Source: Nitrospirota bacterium
Lineage (GTDB): Bacteria > Nitrospirota > UBA9217
Direction: 5' to 3'
Assembly: GCA_963840455.1 (NCBI GenBank)
Contig: CAWIYV010000014.1
Coordinates: 416,001-480,000, forward strand
DNA length: 64,000 nt
The notes beneath the pieces were generated by a model, which made no database searches, was not told the DNA's origin, and worked only from the letters and a program-made list of their open reading frames with translations. The stretch's first letter is position 1, and each line of letters opens with the position of its first letter. Shown in pieces: positions 19,667-26,946 of the stretch. A program made the translations under genes and the position numbers.

Positions 19667-20686
19667 ATGCTCATCGTGCTGAACCATACGGCCTCGGCCA
19701 GGGACGTCGAGAACATCAAGAAGATCATCGTGAAGATGGGCCTTAAGCCGGTGGCCATCCCCGGCGCCGAGCGGACCGCCATCGGCGTCATCGGCAACCA
19801 GGGCTGGGTCGACGACACCGCGCTTAAGGGCAACAGGGCCATCATGGAGATCATCCACGTCACCAAGCCCTACAAGCTCGTGAGCCGCGACTTCCATCCT
19901 GCTGACACGGTGGTGACGCTCGGCGGGAAGGTGAAGGTCGGCGGCAGGTCGCCCTTCCTGATGATCGCGGGTCCCTGCGCGGTGGAGAGCCGGGACCAGC
20001 TTATGAAGACCGCGAAGTTCCTGAAGAAGCTGGGCGTCCCCGTGATGCGAGGCGGGGCGTACAAGCCCCGGACGAGCCCGCACAGCTTCCAGGGTCTGCG
20101 GGAAGGCGGCCTGGACCTGCTGGACGAGGTGCGGAAGGAGACCGGCTTGCTCGTGGTCACCGAGATCGTGAGCCCCGAGCACGTGGAGATCGTTGCCGAC
20201 AAGGTGGACATCCTGCAGATCGGTGCGCGGAACATGCAGAACTTTGATCTGCTGACCGAGGTCGGCAAAGCCAACAAGCCGGTCATCCTGAAGCGCGGCC
20301 TTTCGGGGACCGTCGAGGAATGGCTCGGCTCTGCGGAATATATCCTCGTGAACGGCAACCCCGACGTGGTGCTGTGCGAGCGCGGCATCCGGACCTTCGA
20401 GACCGCTACGCGAAACACGGCCGACCTCGCCATCATCCCGCTGGTGAAGAAATTGACCCATCTGCCCGTGATCTTCGATCCCAGCCATGCGACGGGCAAA
20501 CGCGACCTGGTGACCCCCACGGCGCTGGCGTCGGTGGTCGTGGGCAGCCACGGTGCCATGATCGAGGTCCATCCCGAGCCCGAGCATGCTCTGTCCGACG
20601 GACCGCAGTCGCTGCACTTCAAAGAGTTTGAGAAACTGCTGGGACAGGTGAAAAAGCTGGAGACGTACGCGAGAAAGAACCTGTGA
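19667..20686 (+). CDS. aroF: 3-deoxy-7-phosphoheptulonate (DAHP) synthase, type I-beta with ferredoxin-like regulatory domain
   Basis: IAGPCAVES, RGGAYKPRTSP, QIGARNMQNF, DPSHATG motifs. Confidence 0.95.
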   Translation: MLIVLNHTASARDVENIKKIIVKMGLKPVAIPGAERTAIGVIGNQGWVDDTALKGNRAIMEIIHVTKPYKLVSRDFHPADTVVTLGGKVKVGGRSPFLMIAGPCAVESRDQLMKTAKFLKKLGVPVMRGGAYKPRTSPHSFQGLREGGLDLLDEVRKETGLLVVTEIVSPEHVEIVADKVDILQIGARNMQNFDLLTEVGKANKPVILKRGLSGTVEEWLGSAEYILVNGNPDVVLCERGIRTFETATRNTADLAIIPLVKKLTHLPVIFDPSHATGKRDLVTPTALASVVVGSHGAMIEVHPEPEHALSDGPQSLHFKEFEKLLGQVKKLETYARKNL

Positions 20687-20847
20687 GATGGGGAAAGCCT
20701 TTTGTAACCACGGGTCCCGACTTTGCCGGGACGCACAGATAAACACCGGACCTCATTATTTTTCGTTCGCGCTTTAGACCGTGTGCGGTGGAGCCGCCCG
20801 TGGTTAATACGTTATTTCATTGGAACTGCCAACAGGAGGTCGGTGCC

Positions 20848-21117
20848 ATGAACGAGATCTATATCGACATCGGATGGGCAATCGTCTTTACCATGGTGGG
20901 CGGCATCATCGGCATCCTGCTGATCCTCGCCTCGACGCTGCTCATCCCCCGCATCTTGACCAGATTGACCCCGAACCTGAACGAGGACAAGGAGATCGCC
21001 CGGGGCAACCGCGCCGTGGCCGAGTACTTCGGCAGGGTCGTGGGCTCCACCATCATCGCCATCGGTATCGTGATCGCCGCCGCAATCCTCGGCGGGATCA
21101 TCGCGGCACTGTTCTAA
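20848..21117 (+). CDS. DUF350-like small membrane protein
   Basis: CAGGAGG RBS; hydrophobic helices flanking LTP....KEIARGNRAVA, typical of DUF350. Confidence 0.7.
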   Translation: MNEIYIDIGWAIVFTMVGGIIGILLILASTLLIPRILTRLTPNLNEDKEIARGNRAVAEYFGRVVGSTIIAIGIVIAAAILGGIIAALF

Positions 21118-21147
21118 CACCTCTCTCCGGACCCTTCGAGCGCTTCA

Positions 21148-23775
21148 ATGACGACTTTCGTTCAACGGATCATTGTACTATCAGCCTTTGTTCTCGGTTC
21201 CAGTCTGTTCGCCCCGGAGTCGCACGCGAGGGGAGGCGGCGGCTGTGTCGAGCAGGGCACCCATGTCCTCACGCCTTCCGGTCCTGTCCCGATCGAGCGG
21301 TTGAAGACCGGCGATACCGTGCTCGGCGTGGACCGGCAGATGCTCCGTCCCGTTACCGTCCGGTCGCTCATGCAGGTCCGGACGGAAGAATATGTTGAAC
21401 TCTCTGTGAACGGCCGCTTTCTGCGGCTCACCGCTGAACATCCCGTCGAAACAGCTCCGGGTGTCTTTCGGAACGCATCCCGTCTCAGGCAGGGTGATAA
21501 GGTCATCCTCCACGAGGACGGACTCATTGCCGATGCGGCAATAGTATCCATCAGACGCATTCAAAACAGCAAGCCCGCATACAACCTGCTTGTTTCGCCT
21601 GCCGGAACCTACTTGGCAAATACCATCGTGGTCCACAACAAGGGATGCTTCCTTCCCGACACACCGGTCCGGACGGCCGACGGTTCGGAAGTGCCGATCT
21701 CCGGGGTCCGGCAGGGCGACCGGCTGCTCGCGTTCACCGCTGATGGACATGTCGTCGCAGCAACGGTCCGTCAGGTGCTCACCCACGCTGCCGATGAATA
21801 CCGCATCGTACGGACCAGCAGCATGGTCCTGCAGGTCACACCGGAGCATCCTTTCTATGTCGGCGATGGAACATTCAAGACGCTCGAAGCCCTGCAGCCC
21901 GGCGACAGGATCTTTGCCTATGACGGGAGCGGTCTTAATCCTCAACGGATCGAGAGCATCGAGGCCGTGCGCGCTCCGGTCCGTGTCTATAACCTTATGA
22001 CCGACGCACCGCATACCTTCTTTGCGAATGGAATCGCAGTGCATAATAAAGGAGGAGGTGGCGGCTGTTTCCCGCCGGGGACAGAGGTCCTGACACCGCG
22101 AGGCGAGGTCCCGATCGAACATATTGCACCAGGCGAAACGGTCATCACGGTAGATGAGAATGGGCAACAGGTCCCCTCGATGGCGCTGTCAACGCATGCT
22201 GCCCGATCCCGGCTGCTGGTCATACGAACAACGCAGGGCGACCTGACGACGACCTCCGAGCATCCGCTGGCACTTGCGTCAGGAGGATTCCTGCAGGCGG
22301 GCCGGCTGGTCCCGGGCGATGCCGTGCTCGCGTGGAAGGACGGGTATACGAAGGCGCAGGTAACCGGCGTTGAACCGCTCGACGCCGATGCACTGGTATA
22401 TAATCTCACCGTGGACGGTCCGCACACGTTCATCGCCGGAGGGTTCGTCGTCCATAACAAGGGAGGGGGCGGTGGTGGATTCCGCAGCAGCGGCGGACGG
22501 TCCTCCTCGGGCGGCGGGTCCGGCACGGAGGGCGAGGGGCCGTTCATTGCGATGATCGTCCTCGGTGCGGTCATCATCGTCATCATTGCCGTCCGGAAGG
22601 AGAGGTCTGACAACCTTGACCAACTATTCAACAGGGGGGACATCGAGAAGAAGAGCGAAAAGACGGAGAAGCTTCTCGCGTTCATCGCGCAGCAGGACTC
22701 GACCGTCTCGCCCGACGTTCTCAAAAAAACCGTGGAAACCACCTTCCGAAAACTCCAGGAGTGCTGGCAGGCCCGGGAGTACGAGCCCATGAAGCCTCTC
22801 CTGATGCCAGACCTCTATGCCGACCATCTTGGCCAGATCCGCGGCATGGCGCGAAACCACGAGATCAATGTAATCTCCGGCCTGCAGGTCGACGCGGTCG
22901 ACCTGGTGAACGTCAGGTATACGCTCAAAGAGGAGGACCGGGAGTTCACGGCGCTCATCACGGCCACGGCGACGGACTTCTACATCGATGATCGTACGAA
23001 TGAGCGGATTCGCGGCGACCAGGGGGCCGCGCCGTTCCAGGAGTTCTGGACCTTCCAGTATCACCAGGACAAATGGCTCCTGCGGGAGATCGAACAGACC
23101 GCCGAGTCCGACATCCTGAATGACGACAACTTCTTCGAACAGTTCACCGACAAAGGCGTGGAGCAGGTCGAGGGCGCTGCGGCAAAGAAGGAGGGGCCGG
23201 AAGGCCCGTGGCTCGAAGGGGCGGTCATGACCAAGGAGCGCCGCGTCGAGCGGATGCTCAATTTCCTCGTAAAGACCGACAGCATCTGGGACCGGAAGAA
23301 GATGATGCTCACGGGCCGGAGCGTCTTCCTTGCAGTGACCGGGGCGTGGGAGGCAGGCGACCCGAGAGCGGTCCCCGCAGCAGACCTGTTCCCGGAGCTC
23401 GCCCGGGACCTTCACGATGCAATCAGGAAGAACCGGGACAAAGGCATCAGCCTCGAGTTCCGGAATCTTGCTGTTCGGAAGGTGGAACTGGTCCTGGTCA
23501 GGAACTTCGCCGACAACACCCAGGACGAATATATGGCGCGCATCCGTGCCCATGCCCAGAAGATCATGAAAGTGGCGGGCAACGTCGTCCGGCAGGACGA
23601 TGACGTGACGGCCTTCGAACAGTTCCTGACCTTCGGAAGGCTCGACAGCAGATGGAAGCTGAAGGAGGTTGTCCTGCCGCACGAGGCGGAGGGCGTGGTG
23701 GAGCAGGAGAATGTCGATCAGGAAGCATCGAAGCAGCAGGTCGAGTGGTACTACCAGCACACGCGGGCGGTGTGA
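21148..23775 (+). CDS. Exported protein: signal peptide + three tandem Hint (intein-like/BIL) domains + Gly/Ser linker + TM + Tim44-like domains
   Basis: SHA|RGGGG; Hints 21244-21639, 21646-22047, 22066-22458 each C...TxEHP...YNL...VHN; TM FIAMIVLGAVIIVIIAV; FQEFWTF...WLLREIEQ and FEQFLTF...WKLKEV Tim44-like ends. Confidence 0.85.
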   Translation: MTTFVQRIIVLSAFVLGSSLFAPESHARGGGGCVEQGTHVLTPSGPVPIERLKTGDTVLGVDRQMLRPVTVRSLMQVRTEEYVELSVNGRFLRLTAEHPVETAPGVFRNASRLRQGDKVILHEDGLIADAAIVSIRRIQNSKPAYNLLVSPAGTYLANTIVVHNKGCFLPDTPVRTADGSEVPISGVRQGDRLLAFTADGHVVAATVRQVLTHAADEYRIVRTSSMVLQVTPEHPFYVGDGTFKTLEALQPGDRIFAYDGSGLNPQRIESIEAVRAPVRVYNLMTDAPHTFFANGIAVHNKGGGGGCFPPGTEVLTPRGEVPIEHIAPGETVITVDENGQQVPSMALSTHAARSRLLVIRTTQGDLTTTSEHPLALASGGFLQAGRLVPGDAVLAWKDGYTKAQVTGVEPLDADALVYNLTVDGPHTFIAGGFVVHNKGGGGGGFRSSGGRSSSGGGSGTEGEGPFIAMIVLGAVIIVIIAVRKERSDNLDQLFNRGDIEKKSEKTEKLLAFIAQQDSTVSPDVLKKTVETTFRKLQECWQAREYEPMKPLLMPDLYADHLGQIRGMARNHEINVISGLQVDAVDLVNVRYTLKEEDREFTALITATATDFYIDDRTNERIRGDQGAAPFQEFWTFQYHQDKWLLREIEQTAESDILNDDNFFEQFTDKGVEQVEGAAAKKEGPEGPWLEGAVMTKERRVERMLNFLVKTDSIWDRKKMMLTGRSVFLAVTGAWEAGDPRAVPAADLFPELARDLHDAIRKNRDKGISLEFRNLAVRKVELVLVRNFADNTQDEYMARIRAHAQKIMKVAGNVVRQDDDVTAFEQFLTFGRLDSRWKLKEVVLPHEAEGVVEQENVDQEASKQQVEWYYQHTRAV

Positions 23776-23789
23776 TGTTTTAATAGCTG

Positions 23790-23820
23790 ACAAGCCTGCA
23801 AGCCTGCAAGCCGGCAAGCT
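23790..23820 (+). repeat. Short octamer tandem repeat (CAAGCCTG)
   Basis: caagcctg caagcctg caagccgg caagct. Confidence 0.6.
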
Positions 23821-23841
23821 CAGATGCCGTCGGAGGTGTAT

Positions 23842-24447
23842 ATGACAACGGTCTTGGTCGACATCAAGGGGCAGGACTTTCGGAAGCCGGACCACGACAT
23901 CGAGCCATTCTTCGCGAATCGCTGGTCGCCGCGGGCAATGACCGGTGATGAGATCACCCGAGAGGAGCTGATGCGTCTTTTCGAGGCCAGCCGGTGGGCC
24001 ATGTCGTCCATGAATAACCAGCCCTGGCGGTTCCTCTATGCCCTCCGGAACACACTGCACTGGGAGACCTTCTTCAACTTATTGGCGCCGGGGAATCAGG
24101 CTTGGTGCAAGAACGCCGCGGTACTGCTTGTCATGGTCTCGAAGACGACCTTTGACAGCGGCAAGCCGGCCCGCACGCATTCCTACGACACGGGCGCCGC
24201 GTGGTACAGCTTCGCACTGCAGGGCACGATGATCGGACTGGTCGTGCACGGCATGCAGGGGTTCAATTACGACAAGGCAAAAGAGCTTCTGGGCGTGACC
24301 GATGAGTACCAGGTCGAGGCAATGGCGGCCGTGGGAAGGCCGGGGAACAGAGAAGACCTGCCGCAGAACCTGCAGGAGCGTGAGACCCCGTCACAGCGGA
24401 AGAAGGTGTCGGTGTTTGCGTTCGAGGGAGGGTTTGAGAAGGCCTAA
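23842..24447 (+). CDS. Nitroreductase family protein
   Basis: RWSPRAM, EASRWAMSSMNNQPWRF, VHGMQGF motifs; GGAGG RBS. Confidence 0.9.
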   Translation: MTTVLVDIKGQDFRKPDHDIEPFFANRWSPRAMTGDEITREELMRLFEASRWAMSSMNNQPWRFLYALRNTLHWETFFNLLAPGNQAWCKNAAVLLVMVSKTTFDSGKPARTHSYDTGAAWYSFALQGTMIGLVVHGMQGFNYDKAKELLGVTDEYQVEAMAAVGRPGNREDLPQNLQERETPSQRKKVSVFAFEGGFEKA

Positions 24448-24553
24448 GGAATGAAGGGGGTCAAGGGCAATGCCTGACACCCCTGTTTCTCATTTCCCTT
24501 GCTCGTTCCGCAAAAAGAGAGTACGCTTGCCATATTAGAAGAGGGGGCGGCAA

Positions 24554-24748
24554 ATGGCAAATACAACGGCAACGATCCCCTGTCCGGGATGCAGCGGTAA
24601 AGGGTTCATAGTGTGTCCTGTCTGCCGCGGGCAGGGAAGACAGCACAGTAGCAATGCGTCTCAACGTCCTTGCCCGAGCTGCCACGGATCGGGGAAAAAC
24701 GTCTGTCCTCAGTGCCGGGGAGCTAAAAAAGTAATCGGAGAAAAATAA
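24554..24748 (+). CDS. Stand-alone DnaJ-type zinc-finger miniprotein
   Basis: Four CxxCxG(xG) repeats in 64 aa; GAGGGG RBS. Confidence 0.7.
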   Translation: MANTTATIPCPGCSGKGFIVCPVCRGQGRQHSSNASQRPCPSCHGSGKNVCPQCRGAKKVIGEK

Positions 24749-24920
24749 CAAGCATGACAGGTTTTCTGGGAGCCGTCGGGGGCCAAACTTGATTCCGTCG
24801 TTGTCTGGAGCAACTCTCTGTTGGCGTGCCGTTGGTGATCAGAGACCAGAGCGAAGTCTTTCCATCGCTTTCAGCACTAATTCAGCGGACATCAGTTACG
24901 CATCCCGCCCATCCCCGTCC

Positions 24921-24948
24921 TTGACAATCCCCTGCCAAGCCGTATAAT
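24921..24948 (+). promoter_or_regulatory. Sigma70 promoter of the MFS gene
   Basis: TTGACA-16 bp-TATAAT, 8 bp upstream of the ATG. Confidence 0.7.
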
Positions 24949-24956
24949 CCCTGACC

Positions 24957-26501
24957 ATGTCAGTTGAATACCATGAACCCCTGCCGGCCGGTCCGGCCGA
25001 GGTCCGGACTGTCTTCGCCGGGCTCATGCTTGCCCTTGCCCTTGCCTCGCTCGACCAGAACATCGTCGGCGTCGCGCTGCCGAGGATCGTGAGCGATCTG
25101 GGCGGCCTGTCCCATCTATCCTGGGTGGTCACGGCGTTCCTCGTGACCTCCACGGCAACGACGCCGATCTACGGCAAGCTCTCGGACATGTACGGCAGGA
25201 AGCCGCTCTTCATCGTCGCGATCATCATCTTCCTGATCGGGTCAAGCCTCTGCGGTCTGTCGCGCTCCATGACCGAGCTCGTGGTCTTTCGGGGGATCCA
25301 GGGGCTGGGCGCGGGCGGGCTCATCGCCCTTGCGCAGACGACCATCGCCGACCTTGTTGCGCCGCGGGACCGCGGACGCTATCAAGGTCTGTTCGGTGCG
25401 GTCTTCGCTTTTTCGAGCATCGCCGGGCCGCTGCTGGGAGGATTCATCACCGACGTCCTGTCGTGGCGCTGGATCTTCTACGTCAACGTGCCGGTCGGCA
25501 TCCTTGCGCTGGCGCTCATCACCTTCGGGTTCCGCCGTCCGCACCACGCCGTTGCCCACCGCATCGACTACGCGGCGATCACGCTGCTCACTTCGGCCAC
25601 GGTAGTCTTGCTGCTCGTCCTCACCTGGGGAGGCGTGCAGTTCCCCTGGTCATCGCCGATCATCATCAGCCTGGCAATCCTGGCCGCGGTGCTTACCGGG
25701 CTGCTCATCGGCGTTGAGCGGCGATCGACGGAGCCCATTCTCTCACCGCACATCTTCCATAATCGGATCGTCGTGATCGGCACTTCGGTCATGGGGCTCA
25801 CGTTCATGGGCCTCTTTGGTGTCGCGGTTTTCCTCCCGCTCTTCTTCCAGCTCGTGCTGGGCTATCCGCCGACCCAGGCAGGTCTCCTGATGGCTCCCAT
25901 GACCGTCGGCATGATCACGGCGTCGTTCATCGGCGGCCGCATGGTGTCCAGAACAGGCAGGTACAAGATCTTCCCGGTGGTCGGCCTGGCCGGCGCAGCC
26001 CTGTCCTACGTCGTGGTGATGCTGGCGGCGACCATGGGCGCCGGCATCGGCGTGGTCGAGGCGGCGCTCATCGTTCTGGGCATCGGCTTCGGACTGGTGA
26101 TGCCGAATCTCGTAGTGGCCATCCAGAACGCCGTGGGACCGCGCGAACAGGGCGCAGCAACGGCAACGGCCGCGTACTTCCGGTCCCTGGGCGGCACTTT
26201 CGGCGTTGCTCTGTCGGGCACCATTATGACCGGCGAGCTGCGGTCGCTTGAAGCCGGACGCTGGGCGGGCATGGCGAGGGGCGGACGGACCTTGCTCGAT
26301 CAGGGGCTTCAGGACATCGCCCTGCTGCCCGAGGCGCAGCGCATTGTTGTCATAGCGGCATACCGCCATGCCATCAGCACAACCTTCCTTGTCGGCGCGA
26401 TCATCACTGCCCTGGCCTTCATGCTGGTGCTCTTTCTGCCGGAGAAGCCGCTTCAGACGGCACGACCTGCGGATGCGGGGGAAGAACGGGATCAGGCTTG
26501 A
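24957..26501 (+). CDS. MFS drug:H+ antiporter, DHA2 (EmrB/QacA) family
   Basis: LDQNIVGVALP, GKLSDMYGRK motif A, WRWIFYVNVP; ~14 TM. Confidence 0.92.
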   Translation: MSVEYHEPLPAGPAEVRTVFAGLMLALALASLDQNIVGVALPRIVSDLGGLSHLSWVVTAFLVTSTATTPIYGKLSDMYGRKPLFIVAIIIFLIGSSLCGLSRSMTELVVFRGIQGLGAGGLIALAQTTIADLVAPRDRGRYQGLFGAVFAFSSIAGPLLGGFITDVLSWRWIFYVNVPVGILALALITFGFRRPHHAVAHRIDYAAITLLTSATVVLLLVLTWGGVQFPWSSPIIISLAILAAVLTGLLIGVERRSTEPILSPHIFHNRIVVIGTSVMGLTFMGLFGVAVFLPLFFQLVLGYPPTQAGLLMAPMTVGMITASFIGGRMVSRTGRYKIFPVVGLAGAALSYVVVMLAATMGAGIGVVEAALIVLGIGFGLVMPNLVVAIQNAVGPREQGAATATAAYFRSLGGTFGVALSGTIMTGELRSLEAGRWAGMARGGRTLLDQGLQDIALLPEAQRIVVIAAYRHAISTTFLVGAIITALAFMLVLFLPEKPLQTARPADAGEERDQA

Positions 26502-26734
26502 ACCCATCAATTATTTCAACGGCCTTCTAGCCTGGACAATCAAGCCGAAACCAATAAATGTCTCACGCAAAGCCGCAACGGCCTAAAAAATGAATCAGTC
26601 ACTTGGGGAATCACGCGAAGGAAATCTGGAGACTTGGTTTCATACCCATGAAGCGGCATTTTTTTTGCGAGCTCGACCCACGGGGATCACATCTTTTCGA
26701 GACTGCCGGCTATCCGGCCAAAAGGAAAACGACC

Positions 26735-26800
26735 ATGAACAACGTCGCAGAGCCTCCAATACTGTATCTCGGCACCCCTGTGGTGCTTATTCGTCACTGA
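26735..26800 (+). pseudogene. Possible 5' relic of a flavin reductase-like gene
   Basis: AAGGA RBS then MNNVAEPPILYLGTPVVLIRH*, resembling the EPxILYFGTPVVLIST start of flavin reductase-family proteins (from recall). Confidence 0.4.
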
Positions 26801-26892
26801 ACCTTTATGGGAGGTTAAAGACGGGAGGGGAATGCCAAGAGGGCTACCCGAATCGGCGTCTGTTTTTTTGCCCTGACACAGCAACCATGATC

Positions 26893-26925
26893 AAAAAAAG
26901 CGCCCTGCCTTGCGACAGGGCGCTT
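26893..26925 (-). terminator. Intrinsic terminator of the repeat-cytochrome gene
   Basis: Minus strand aagcgccctg-tcgcaagg-cagggcgc followed by T7. Confidence 0.85.
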
Positions 26926-26946
26926 CGAGATGTCTTACTTCATCGT

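Noticed and set aside
21244-22458. Classical selfish inteins or a polymorphic-toxin pretoxin Hint
   Set aside because: +1 residue is Lys rather than Cys/Ser/Thr, there is no homing endonuclease, the host protein is exported, and no toxin domain or immunity gene follows.
24668-24690. CPSCH in the 64-aa ORF as a heme-binding site
   Set aside because: Part of a CxxCxGxG zinc-finger series and the protein has no export signal.
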